A model generated the notes under the pieces. That model had not been told where the DNA came from. It did not search any database and was given only the letters and a program-made list of their open reading frames with translations. A stretch of 64,000 nucleotides of DNA from Myxococcales bacterium. GTDB lineage: Bacteria > Myxococcota_A > Polyangia > Polyangiales > Houyiibacteriaceae. The first letter of the stretch is position 1, and every line of letters begins with the position of its first letter. The position numbers and the translations under genes were made by a program. The stretch covers positions 5,995 to 69,994 of the forward strand of contig JAOTYL010000013.1 in assembly GCA_029861865.1 (NCBI GenBank). Direction: 5' to 3'. Positions 37,727-47,199 of the stretch are shown one piece after another.

Positions 37727-39205
37727 TTGTTCATCATGGATTCGTGGACGGCACCCCCCTGCGGGGCAGTGGCGCTTTGTCTGCTGCTGTTTGGCTGTGG
37801 AGACCCGAGCCTCTCTCACGGGAACGCGGGGAATAGTGCGACCACCGTTGGCCTCTCCACCTGTGTCGACCTCGCCGAAGGAGAGGCGCTCTCCGGTATC
37901 GGCCCCGATGGGCACGCTTGGGTGACCAGCCTCGATGGTCTCCGCGTCGTCGACCCGAACGGTGAATCGCAATCGATTACGGTGCGGTTTGGCTCCGCCG
38001 ACGAGCTCGTGGCCTGGACTGCCGATCGCGCGTTCATCGTTAGTGAAAGCCAGCTTTGGGATGCGGGCCCGAATGGCTCTCAACCGTTCATCCTCCCCGA
38101 CAACCTCGGCCGTCCGCGATATGCGTGCGGCGATCCCGACGCGACGTCGGGCTCATTCGTCCTCGGCACCCGTGGCCTCTTCGAGCGCCGCGGCAGCGCT
38201 TGGTTTCGCTGGGACATCCCGGTCGACGTCTTCGAGGCGATGGAAATGCAGCACTTCGAAGGGTCGTGCGGAACCGCCGACGAGATCCTCTACCTGACCA
38301 CCACGGAGGGAGCGCTTTGGGAAGTCCGTTTCGGCGAAAACCCGTTCTTCCGCGAGATCGGCTCGATCGACGACGCTCAAGAGCTCGCGGTCGACTCCGA
38401 GCACGGCATCATTCGCCTCTTCCTCGGCTCGCTTTACCGCTACGCGGGCGGTTGGGAGCATATCCCTTTCGACGGCGGCTTCGTGATGCACACCGATGCT
38501 GCTGGCGGCGTCCTCTGGGCCACCGTGCGTGACAAGATCTTCCGCCGCGATCGCTTCGCGCGATGGGAAGAGATCGAGCCCGACACGGCCTTCGCGTTCA
38601 TCGACAAAGTCCTGGCCTATCCTGCAGGCGGTGCATGGGTCGTCGAGGGCTCACGGATGTGTCACTTCGGCCATCGCGAGTCGGTCATCGTCGATGGCGT
38701 GCGCCCGTTCGAAAGACTCGATCAAGACGATTCGCCCGAGCAGCTCACCATCATGGCCGACCCCACCGGGGCGATGTCGCTTTCCGCCAGCATCGACGGA
38801 CGGAGCATTCCGGTGACCGGGGTTTCGGGCCTTTGGACGCTCGGCGGCCTCGGTTCGGTGCCCGCGGGTTGGCACGAGCTCAGGCTCGCCTTGTCGAGCC
38901 CTCTCGGCCCCGTCGAGCGTACCGTTCCGTTTCGGGTCGATGGCGAAGTCGTCATCGGCGGAAACGACCCGACGGTCTTCTACGAGACCGACATCAAGCC
39001 CATCTTCGACATGTATTGCGCGCAGTGTCACGGCCCGAGCGGGACACAGCGCTTTTTTGGCGACTACGAGTCGTTCGTCGTGACCGCTCAAAGCGCGCTC
39101 GACCTCATCAAGAGTCGTGAAATGCCGCCTCCTCCGCTGCCTGGTCCCAGCCAGGGGGAGATCGGCCTCATCGAAACGTGGATCCAGGAAGGAATGGCGC
39201 CATGA
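37727..39205 (+). CDS. Lipoprotein with a C-terminal Planctomycete-type cytochrome c (PSCyt-like) domain
   Basis: 492 aa. Signal ALCLLLFGCGD. C-terminal DIKPIFDMYCAQCHG...SREMPPPP...LIETWIQEG (CXXCH at 39017-39031). TTG start at 37727; alternative ATG at 37736. Confidence 0.7.
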   Translation: MFIMDSWTAPPCGAVALCLLLFGCGDPSLSHGNAGNSATTVGLSTCVDLAEGEALSGIGPDGHAWVTSLDGLRVVDPNGESQSITVRFGSADELVAWTADRAFIVSESQLWDAGPNGSQPFILPDNLGRPRYACGDPDATSGSFVLGTRGLFERRGSAWFRWDIPVDVFEAMEMQHFEGSCGTADEILYLTTTEGALWEVRFGENPFFREIGSIDDAQELAVDSEHGIIRLFLGSLYRYAGGWEHIPFDGGFVMHTDAAGGVLWATVRDKIFRRDRFARWEEIEPDTAFAFIDKVLAYPAGGAWVVEGSRMCHFGHRESVIVDGVRPFERLDQDDSPEQLTIMADPTGAMSLSASIDGRSIPVTGVSGLWTLGGLGSVPAGWHELRLALSSPLGPVERTVPFRVDGEVVIGGNDPTVFYETDIKPIFDMYCAQCHGPSGTQRFFGDYESFVVTAQSALDLIKSREMPPPPLPGPSQGEIGLIETWIQEGMAP

Positions 39206-39810
39206 CGCCCAAGTGGACAATGATTGGCGTTCTGATCGGAGGGCTGCTCGTCGGGTGTACGGGCGATCTCAACGGCTCAGAACCAAGAAACCCAAACGAC
39301 CCCAATGCGACACCCGAGACCAAGCGAATCGTACGGCTCACCGCCGATCAGTTCTTTCGCTCGCTCGAAGTGACGACCGGACAAACCTGGTCGCGCGCGG
39401 ATGAGTACGCGCCAACGCTCGGGAAGCCGGATTTCAACCAAGCGACGCAACAGTCCCAAGACATCTCGGTGAGCTTCGTGAAGCTTGCAGGGGATGCCGC
39501 TCGCGAGGTTTGCGGAGAGGCGGTCGATGCCGATCTCGAGATGGCGAACACCGATGATCGCCTCATCCTCAAGCATCTCGACGGCCTCGATCCCGAGAAC
39601 GACTCCGTCCTGACGAACCTGCGGTACCTCGTGCTGCGCTTTCACGGGATTCACATGACCGACGATCTGGACTCTCGGCTCGACCCCTGGGCTGCGATCA
39701 TGCGCACCGACCTGCCTGCGGATCAGGGCGAACGCGAATCCCAGGCCCGCGACCGCTGGAAAGCGGTTTGCGTCGGTCTCATCACCCACCCCGACTTTCT
39801 CACGTACTGA
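39202..39810 (+). CDS. Small lipoprotein, DUF1587/DUF1592-like fragment architecture
   Basis: ATG 39202 overlaps the upstream stop (ATGA). Signal GVLIGGLLVGCTG. RLTADQFFRSLEVTTG and C-terminal GLITHPDFLTY echo the DUF1587/DUF1592 motifs of the 34416 gene. Confidence 0.55.
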   Translation: MTPKWTMIGVLIGGLLVGCTGDLNGSEPRNPNDPNATPETKRIVRLTADQFFRSLEVTTGQTWSRADEYAPTLGKPDFNQATQQSQDISVSFVKLAGDAAREVCGEAVDADLEMANTDDRLILKHLDGLDPENDSVLTNLRYLVLRFHGIHMTDDLDSRLDPWAAIMRTDLPADQGERESQARDRWKAVCVGLITHPDFLTY

Positions 39811-39819
39811 GGTGTGACC

Positions 39820-41148
39820 ATGTGCAACGACAACAAAATTGAATTCAGTCGCAGGTACCTCTTCCGGGGTGCCCTGGCCGGTGTGGGTATGCTCACGCTT
39901 GCCCCCATCACCCGCGTGCTCGGTCAGTCGCTGGGCGGACGCCGTCTCGTTGCCTGTTATCTCTCGGGCGGTTGGGATGTGTTGCTCGGTCCCGATACGC
40001 GCGACCCACTCCGCACGTACGACGGCATCGATCTCGATATCAACCGGCTTCCTGGGCAGTACCAAGACCCGATCCCCGTCATGAGCGGTGGTTCCGAGGT
40101 CCTTTGGGGCTCCACCATGGCCGCGCTGGTCCCTCACGCCGAGCTGGTGACGATCTTTCGCGGCATGAACATGAACACCGTCTCGCACGAGAGCGCGAGG
40201 CTCTACAGCCACACCGGACTCGAGCCTGACAACACCCTTGCCAAGGGCGACTCCCTCAGCACGATTGCGGCGGCCACCTTCGACGACGGCAAGCTCATCC
40301 CGAACGCGGCCATCAATGTTGCGAACTTCAATAAGAGCTTCGACAACCGCGTGACGGCCTTCCAGATGAACGACCCCGACGAGATCGGGCAGCTCATCGG
40401 CCTCAACCGCGACCGGCTCCCGGACTACCTTGAGAATCTCGTGAGGACCTCTCTCGACGCGTCCCGCTCCTGCGTGTCGCCCGAGTACGCCGGCCGGCTT
40501 CCTGAGGATCAGATGCAGCTCAGCCGAGACCGCCTCAAGCGGATTCAGGACCAAGACCTGATCAGCCGGTTCGATCTTCGCGGCGGCTCCGAGGAGGCCC
40601 AGAACATTCAGGCGCTCTACAACGTCAACGACGGCGCAGGAGAAGCCGCGGCCACGGCCGCCCAGCTCCTCCGGACCGACCTCAGCACGGCGGTCACTGC
40701 GCGCCTCTCCGGCGGCTTTGACACGCATGGCAACAACTGGGCGAACGACCAGCCTGACCGCCTCCGACGCTCGTTCGATGCGGTGGGGGCCCTCGTCTCG
40801 CACCTTCGCGAAGACGACCCGAACTTCGACCGCACCACCGTGGTCGTCTACTCGGAGTTCTCCCGGACGCCGCGCATCAACGGCAACGGCGGTCGGGATC
40901 ACTGGTTCAACGATTCGATCGTGGTCATCGGCAATACGCTCCGCTCGGGCGTCTTCGGTGCCAGCAACGATCAAGACCTTGGGATCATCTCCGTCGACCA
41001 ATCGACCGGGCTCCCGAATGAAAGTGGCATCCAACTCAAACCCGAAATGGTCCTCGGCACGCTCGTCAAGAGCATCGGTGCCGACCCGTTCGATTTCCGT
41101 GACATCACCCTCGATGACTGGATCATCAATCAGGAGGTGCAGCCATGA
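39820..41148 (+). CDS. DUF1501-family protein (sulfatase/alkaline-phosphatase superfamily) with a Tat signal
   Basis: ATG 39820 is preceded by GAGGTG (the track uses GTG 39814). FSRRYLFRGALAGVGMLTLAP, GGFDTHGNN, EFSRTPRINGNGGRDHW. Confidence 0.85.
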   Translation: MCNDNKIEFSRRYLFRGALAGVGMLTLAPITRVLGQSLGGRRLVACYLSGGWDVLLGPDTRDPLRTYDGIDLDINRLPGQYQDPIPVMSGGSEVLWGSTMAALVPHAELVTIFRGMNMNTVSHESARLYSHTGLEPDNTLAKGDSLSTIAAATFDDGKLIPNAAINVANFNKSFDNRVTAFQMNDPDEIGQLIGLNRDRLPDYLENLVRTSLDASRSCVSPEYAGRLPEDQMQLSRDRLKRIQDQDLISRFDLRGGSEEAQNIQALYNVNDGAGEAAATAAQLLRTDLSTAVTARLSGGFDTHGNNWANDQPDRLRRSFDAVGALVSHLREDDPNFDRTTVVVYSEFSRTPRINGNGGRDHWFNDSIVVIGNTLRSGVFGASNDQDLGIISVDQSTGLPNESGIQLKPEMVLGTLVKSIGADPFDFRDITLDDWIINQEVQP

Positions 41149-42731
41149 GGCGTCTTCTCATCATTGCCATCGCGGCGCTGACCGTGTTGCCGCTGGCCTC
41201 TTTCGCTCAATCGCCTGAGCAATGTGCGCCGACCGAACGCTTGGGCAAGTATCGCTTCTTGCGGCAGGTCACGCTCGACCTCTACGGTCGGCCTCCCACC
41301 ATCGAGGAGTACGAACAACTCCACAATGGCGCGGATGTCGACGAAGCCAAGGTCGACGAGATGCTCGCATCGCCGGAGTTCTTCGATCGCCTCGCGGCGT
41401 ACCATCGAGGCTTCCTCTGGACGGCGCTTCCCTCGAACAACGACCTCTTCCGGACTTTCATCGAGCGCGACACTGTCGATGGCGCGGAGGTCTGGTCGGA
41501 CTTCGATAAGCAGATCGACTTCCGCGGGGCCTACGAGCCATGCCTCAACATGCAGCACACCAACTTCGATGGGAACGGCCGGCCGCTCCCGATGCAGACA
41601 GGCTACATGGGCGGCGAGTGTGCCCAGACAGCCAACGGGTGCGACATGGACGGTTGGGTGCAAATGAGCCCGTACTGGGACCCGAGCATCACGATTCAGG
41701 TCTGCGCCTTCGACGCGCAGGAGTTCACCACAGGCGTCAACACGGACAATGACGGCGTCTTGACAGACTGCTCACGACGCAACGACGACCCGGGATGCGG
41801 CTGCGGCCCTGCGCTTAGCTACTGCGCGGCCGAGGGGCCCAATGGCAATGTCGATGAGATCCGCAAGGCGCTCACCGAGGAGCCGGCTCGTATCTTCGAG
41901 GGCATCATCAAGGCTGGCCGCCCGTACACGGACGCGTTCTCGACCAGCGAGACGTACTTCAACGGGGCGCTTCGCCACTACTATCGCTATCTGCAGCGGG
42001 ATCAGGACGGCGAGCTCAACGACATTTCCGAGGCGCCTTTCACGACGGATTGGGAGCTGATCCAGCGTCCCGACTATCACTCGGGCATCCTCACCACGAT
42101 GGGCTATCTCTTGCGACACACGTCTCAACGGGCCCGCGTCAATCGACTGTACACCGCGTTCCTGTGTGACCCCTTCGTCGCTCCTGCGGGCGGTTTACCC
42201 TCTGCGACCGACCCGTGCTCACAGGACCCCGACCTCTCCAAGCGTTGCGGGTGTACTTCGTGCCACACCACCATCGAGCCGGCGACCACGTACTTTGGCC
42301 GTTGGGAGGAGGGCGACTTCAACTATCGCGCGGAGCTCGATACCTATCGGGAGAACTGCGCCACCTGTGAGGCGGGCAACTGCCCAGACAGCTGTCGACG
42401 GGACTACGTCACGATGGATCTCGAGACGACCCCAGGCTCGCTCGGCGACGAAGTCGGCAAGTTGCTCACCGTAGCGTGGAGAACGCCCGAAGAGGCAGCG
42501 GCGATCGACAAGGGCCCAAGCGGGCTCTTCGACGAGCCCGGCATGCAAGACAGGCTCGCAAGCTGCGCCGTGCAGAACTTCTCGGAGTTCCTGTTCAGCC
42601 GCGAGCTGACGACCAACGAAAAGGGCGGGTGGCTCCCAGACAAGGTGAACACCTTCCGAAGCGACGGCTACGACTTCATCAAGATGGCCAAGGACATCGT
42701 GATGGACCCACGCTACCGTCGGATCGACTGA
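41145..42731 (+). CDS. Secreted DUF1549/DUF1588-like protein with a CXXCH motif
   Basis: 528 aa. Its ATG overlaps the upstream stop (ATGA). Signal peptide, RFLRQVTLDLYGRPPTIEEYEQL (DUF1549-like), CGCTSCHTTIEPATTYFGRWE (CXXCH at 42252-42266). Confidence 0.7.
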   Translation: MRRLLIIAIAALTVLPLASFAQSPEQCAPTERLGKYRFLRQVTLDLYGRPPTIEEYEQLHNGADVDEAKVDEMLASPEFFDRLAAYHRGFLWTALPSNNDLFRTFIERDTVDGAEVWSDFDKQIDFRGAYEPCLNMQHTNFDGNGRPLPMQTGYMGGECAQTANGCDMDGWVQMSPYWDPSITIQVCAFDAQEFTTGVNTDNDGVLTDCSRRNDDPGCGCGPALSYCAAEGPNGNVDEIRKALTEEPARIFEGIIKAGRPYTDAFSTSETYFNGALRHYYRYLQRDQDGELNDISEAPFTTDWELIQRPDYHSGILTTMGYLLRHTSQRARVNRLYTAFLCDPFVAPAGGLPSATDPCSQDPDLSKRCGCTSCHTTIEPATTYFGRWEEGDFNYRAELDTYRENCATCEAGNCPDSCRRDYVTMDLETTPGSLGDEVGKLLTVAWRTPEEAAAIDKGPSGLFDEPGMQDRLASCAVQNFSEFLFSRELTTNEKGGWLPDKVNTFRSDGYDFIKMAKDIVMDPRYRRID

Positions 42732-42751
42732 CCGGTCTCTCTACGAAACAC

Positions 42752-43240
42752 TCATCCACCGTGCCCGGCCAGTAGTCGATCTACGGCCGGTGTCACGGGG
42801 ACCTCGAAAGCCTCGAACTGATTGCGAACCCACGGGGCAGCGTCTGCGATCGAGGCGAATGGCTGGATAGGAACCGGGATCGGGGCCAGCCAGGTGACCG
42901 CTTTGAGGGCCCCGCGGATCAGCGGGTTGGTGAACAGGACTGCAATCCCAAAGTGCACTTCGCCCGCCAGGGGGCCCGTCACTTCGAACCATTCGCTGAG
43001 ACGCCGTCGCTGGTTGGCGGTAATCGCCGTGCTCAAGCCGCGCGAGTCGAGGATTGTCGCGAAGAGGATGCGCTTTTCGACATATTCCGTGTAGCGAGTG
43101 ATGAAGAACTCGAAGCCTTCGTCGCTGAGAGGTCTCGAAGGAAACCGCACATAGAGCAGAGGCCACGCGGTCTCGTCGAAGATGAGCCCGAACTGATGAG
43201 TCACGTTCGGTCTCGGTCTCGCCCCCGTCCCCGTCGTCAT
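42752..43240 (-). CDS. Hypothetical protein; possibly STAS/SpoIIAA-like (weak)
   Basis: 162-aa ORF with protein-like composition, 8 nt downstream of the kinase-like gene on the same strand. No diagnostic motif recognised. Confidence 0.5.
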   Translation of the reverse strand: MTTGTGARPRPNVTHQFGLIFDETAWPLLYVRFPSRPLSDEGFEFFITRYTEYVEKRILFATILDSRGLSTAITANQRRRLSEWFEVTGPLAGEVHFGIAVLFTNPLIRGALKAVTWLAPIPVPIQPFASIADAAPWVRNQFEAFEVPVTPAVDRLLAGHGG

Positions 43241-43248
43241 GTCGCGCT

Positions 43249-44385
43249 CTAGCTCTCGGCTGCGGGTGGCAAGGTGAGGCGGAACCGCGTCTCTTTGGCA
43301 TCGCTTGCGGACACCTCGAGCTGACCGCCGAGCTCTTCGGCGATGCGCTTGGAGATCGCGAGCCCGACCCCCGCTCCCTGCAAGCGCCCACCGACACCGA
43401 ACGGCTTAAACACATTGCTCAGCTGGTCTCTACCAATTGGCGGCCCGTTGTCGGACACGTCGAGCACCGCCTTGCCGTTCAGGATGGCGGTCGTCACCCG
43501 GACCACGCCCTGGCCCTCGGCTCGGCTTGCAGCCCGCTGAATCGCATTCGCGAGGAGGTTGAGCGCGATCTGCACGATGTTGGTGCGGGTCGCGAGCACT
43601 TTCGGCTCGATACCGGTCGCCACCTCGATCAGAGCGCGACCGCGAAGCCCACTGCTTTCGGCCTTACGCAAAGCAACCCGCACGGCGTCGGCCAGATCGA
43701 CGATCTCGGCTTCGACCTCTTCTGGCGCCTTCGCCATCTCTTCGGTGAGCTCGAGGATTCGCTTCACCCCGTCTCGCGCGTCGGTCACGGCGGTGTCCAT
43801 CTGCGCCAACACCCCGCGGGCCCGCGTCACGTCGGGGGTCGTTTCTGCAAGCGCGGAGGCTGCGGCTCCCACCGATGTCTCTATCACCGTCAGGTTGTTG
43901 CGGATCCACCCGACCGGGTTGCGAAGCTCCTCGGCAAGCCCACTGGCGACCACGCTGAGCGAGTACGCCCGTTCGGTGTCGAGCAAGCGCTGCTCGAGCT
44001 GCTTCACGCGCGTGTTGAGATTGTAGAGGTCGATCGCATCGCGGAGCTCCGCTCGAAGCACCTCGGGCTCCCAAGGCTTGCGCATGAAGCGCCGCACGTG
44101 GCCGCGGTTGATGGCGTCCTCGGCCGCTTGAAGGTCCGAGTACGCCGTGATCAAAAGTCGAATCGTGTCCGGGTATTCACTCTCTACTTTTTCGAGGAGC
44201 TCGATCCCGGTCATCCCTGGCATCCGTTGGTCGGTGAGCACCACGCCGATTTCGTGCTCTTTCATCAACGCGAGCCCGTCTGCACCGCTCGACGCGGTCA
44301 ACACCGGAAAGTCGTCCCCGCACATCGCTTCGAAGACGACGAGATTCGGCTCTTCGTCGTCGACGAACAACACGTGCGCTTTCAT
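43249..44385 (-). CDS. Response-regulator receiver fused to a histidine-kinase-like core that lacks the phospho-acceptor His
   Basis: 378 aa. The REC domain is intact (FVDDEE, VVLTDQRMPGMTG, MRKPW). The DHp H-box reads GLAEELRNPV (Glu at 43930-43932 where His is expected). The HATPase N-box NLLANAIQRA, DNGPPI and GAGVGLAISKRIAEELGG are intact. Confidence 0.85.
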   Translation of the reverse strand: MKAHVLFVDDEEPNLVVFEAMCGDDFPVLTASSGADGLALMKEHEIGVVLTDQRMPGMTGIELLEKVESEYPDTIRLLITAYSDLQAAEDAINRGHVRRFMRKPWEPEVLRAELRDAIDLYNLNTRVKQLEQRLLDTERAYSLSVVASGLAEELRNPVGWIRNNLTVIETSVGAAASALAETTPDVTRARGVLAQMDTAVTDARDGVKRILELTEEMAKAPEEVEAEIVDLADAVRVALRKAESSGLRGRALIEVATGIEPKVLATRTNIVQIALNLLANAIQRAASRAEGQGVVRVTTAILNGKAVLDVSDNGPPIGRDQLSNVFKPFGVGGRLQGAGVGLAISKRIAEELGGQLEVSASDAKETRFRLTLPPAAES

Positions 44386-46937
44386 GCCGCCTGCTCCATG
44401 GCCGGAATCTCCATCACAAAGCGGGCCCCCCCACCGGGCCTAGGTTCATATCTTAGCTCACCACCGGACTCCTGGGCGATTCTTCGACTCAAATGAAGCC
44501 CGAGCCCCGTCCCTTCGCCTTCCGCCCTCGTTGTAAAGAAGGGGTCGAAGATGCGGTGCACCATGTCGTGAGGTACGCCGGGGCCATCGTCGGAGACTGT
44601 GACCGAGATCACCTTTTCGTGTTGTTGGAGCTCGAGCCAGATGTTCTTGGCGCCGGAACGCACCGAGTTGTCGATGAGGTTTAGGAGCACCTGGTTGAAC
44701 GCCCGTGCAGGTACCAACACGTTTCCGGTGACCTCGAAGTCCTCATGCACCGTGACGTCCCGCATCCTGTGCTGCAGCAGATTGAGCGTGGACTGGACGG
44801 CGACTTGAACGTTGCAGGGCGCCAGATCCGTGCCATCCGCGGGTCGAGCATGAGCCCCGAGCGCCGACAAGATGCTGTCGATGCGGTCGAGACCATCGAT
44901 CATGATGCCGAGGAGCTTTTCACTGGGCACGCGTTGCGACCCACCCCGCTGCAAGACCCGGGCCGCATTCACGACCGCGTTGAGCGGGTTCTTGACTTCG
45001 TGGGCAAGGCCGGCCGCAAGCGTGCCTGCCGACGCCAGCCGGGCCTGATCTGCGAGTTGGAGCGACAAGCCGCGCATCTTCAAGTGCGCACGGATACGCG
45101 CCAAAAGCACCTGCGTATGAAACGGCTTCGACACGAAATCATCGGCGCCAGCTTCATAGCCTTCGAGCGCGGTCTCGCTCTCCCCGCGCGCCGTGAGCAA
45201 GATCACTGGGATGTTCCGGAGGGACGGGTCGTCTTTGATCGCTTTGCAGAGATCGAGCCCACTCGTGCCCGGCATCATGACGTCGGTGAGCACCAGATCC
45301 GGGCGGTGCTCTTTCATGAGCTCGAGGGCTTCTGAGCCATTTTTCGCCGCGTCGACATGATAGGTCTCTGAGAGAACGCCTACGATGAAGCCACGCAGAT
45401 CTTCCTCGTCCTCCGCGACCAGCACACGGGGCACCCGACCGCGGTCGAGCAGCACCCGCTCGGAAGGTCGCTGGCTTTGTCGGATTTCCACGGTCGCCTG
45501 CTGCATCGGTCGGGTCGGAGGTGCCGTCATCCTGTCTTCGATACGCCGCCCCGGGTGGACATCGACGTGAACCTGTCGTCGCTCGATGATCTCGCTGTGG
45601 AAATGGTCCCGCCCACTCTTGAGAAAGAGCGTGAAGGTCGATCCTTCCCCAACCTCGCTGTCCACCGTGAGGGACCCCCCATGGAGCTGCGCAAGCTCCC
45701 GCGCAAGGGCAAGGCCGATACCGACGCCGCCGGCTTGCCGCCGCTCAGACGTCTCCGTCTGATGAAACCGCTCGAAAATCCTCTGCTGCTCATCCCGCGG
45801 AATCCCCGGCCCCGTATCCTGCACCTCGATAGACGTCCCCGCCGCGTTGTAGATCGCGCGAACCTCGATCCGTCCCCCCGCTGGTGTGAACTTCATGGCA
45901 TTACCAACGAGATTCGTGAGGATGATCTCGACGCGGTGAGGATCGCCAAACATCTCCGGTGGCTCGCCTTCGACCGAGTACGCGAGCTCAACTTCCTTGG
46001 CTCGGGCCGCTGGTCGGGCGTTCTCCGCGACCCGCTGCGCAAGGTCCCCGACGTCCACCTGCATCACTTTCAACCGCAGACCACCTGCCTCCAGCCGCGC
46101 TAGATCCAAGAGATCGTCGATCATTCGAAGCAGGCGCTCCGCATTCCGCCGGACCACCTTGAGAGCATCACGCTCCGCACTGGGCCGCAGCTTCGACAGC
46201 AGCTCATCCACCGGCGAAAGAATCAGCGTAAGCGGCGTCCTGAGCTCGTGGGAAACGTTGGCGAAGAACTCGGACTTCGCTTGATCAACTTCCCTGGCTC
46301 GTGCCAAAGCGACTGCAAGCTCTTCCGAGGTCTGTGCTAATGCTGAGTTCGCGGCGAACTCCCGTTGGGCCAATCGGTACCGGGTTGCATTAGAGGTGAC
46401 GGCTATGACAGCGGTGATCAAGAGGGCGTACAGGTTGTTTAGAAACGGCCCTGGGATGATGTCGGGTATGTGTGCCAGTGCAGGAAACAACCAAATCAAT
46501 ACGATGAACACGCAGACAAGAATGGCCTGGCTCACGCGCCAATAGAAGATCAGGCCTACAACCAACATCACTTGAACAAGACCCGCATAGTACGGCGATG
46601 CGTAGCCGCCCAAATCAAGGATCATGAGTTCGAGGGCGACTGAGCAAGCGATGATTGGCGCGACGCCGAGAGCGAAAGCGTGCTGTTTGGCGCGGCTCCA
46701 TCGAGTCAGGGCCAGGAAGCCTAGACACGCAGCAGCGGCCGCGAGCCGGATGATGACAAAGGAGGCCAGGTGCTCCCGACTGGTAAGCCAATCGAGAACG
46801 ACACCAGACGGGACTAGGGTGGCGCCCAACACGGATGCGACCCTAGCTCCACCAAGGTTCTTTTCGCGGATGTGTTCTGCAAATGCGTGCTGCCTAGGAA
46901 CCGATCTCATGATCCTCCAGGCGCTAGCTGACACCAA
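44382..46937 (-). CDS. Hybrid sensor histidine kinase: membrane sensor, then HisKA/HATPase, REC, and a second HisKA-like/HATPase core
   Basis: 851 aa. About 6 N-terminal TM helices, FFANVSHELRTPLT, GGVGIGLALARELAQLHGG, REC (VLVAEDEEDL...DLVLTDVMMPGTSG), then a second core GLAHEVKNPLNAV and GTGLGLHLSRRIAQESGG. 4-nt overlap with the downstream gene. Confidence 0.9.
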   Translation of the reverse strand: MVSASAWRIMRSVPRQHAFAEHIREKNLGGARVASVLGATLVPSGVVLDWLTSREHLASFVIIRLAAAAACLGFLALTRWSRAKQHAFALGVAPIIACSVALELMILDLGGYASPYYAGLVQVMLVVGLIFYWRVSQAILVCVFIVLIWLFPALAHIPDIIPGPFLNNLYALLITAVIAVTSNATRYRLAQREFAANSALAQTSEELAVALARAREVDQAKSEFFANVSHELRTPLTLILSPVDELLSKLRPSAERDALKVVRRNAERLLRMIDDLLDLARLEAGGLRLKVMQVDVGDLAQRVAENARPAARAKEVELAYSVEGEPPEMFGDPHRVEIILTNLVGNAMKFTPAGGRIEVRAIYNAAGTSIEVQDTGPGIPRDEQQRIFERFHQTETSERRQAGGVGIGLALARELAQLHGGSLTVDSEVGEGSTFTLFLKSGRDHFHSEIIERRQVHVDVHPGRRIEDRMTAPPTRPMQQATVEIRQSQRPSERVLLDRGRVPRVLVAEDEEDLRGFIVGVLSETYHVDAAKNGSEALELMKEHRPDLVLTDVMMPGTSGLDLCKAIKDDPSLRNIPVILLTARGESETALEGYEAGADDFVSKPFHTQVLLARIRAHLKMRGLSLQLADQARLASAGTLAAGLAHEVKNPLNAVVNAARVLQRGGSQRVPSEKLLGIMIDGLDRIDSILSALGAHARPADGTDLAPCNVQVAVQSTLNLLQHRMRDVTVHEDFEVTGNVLVPARAFNQVLLNLIDNSVRSGAKNIWLELQQHEKVISVTVSDDGPGVPHDMVHRIFDPFFTTRAEGEGTGLGLHLSRRIAQESGGELRYEPRPGGGARFVMEIPAMEQAA

Positions 46938-47199
46938 TATGCGTCAGAGTTGAAACAACCCGAATGGTTACGACCTCGCACGTCGTCGTGTGCCCACAAA
47001 AGCGTTGAGATACTCGTCGTAGGCTTCCCAACTCCCCGGTCGCCTATGGCGTAAGAACAAGGCACTCTGAACCTGTCCTGCCAGTCTTCCAGATTTGCGT
47101 TCCAGATGCTATAGCGCGCCGCCGCACGGGTGACATAGCACCTCATTCGCGCCCGAATAGCCTCTCGCCGCAGCTTGCGCGCTGACTAAAAGCAGTCGT

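Noticed and set aside
39277-41034. 585-aa minus-strand ORF
   Set aside because: It is antisense to the well-supported DUF1501 gene and the small lipoprotein gene. Its composition is Arg/Val/Gly-rich with no recognisable domain.
46907-47146. 79-aa minus-strand ORF in the 262-nt spacer between the PixB-like gene and the hybrid kinase
   Set aside because: It has no motif and no obvious ribosome-binding site, and it overlaps the kinase start in another frame. It cannot be supported from sequence alone.
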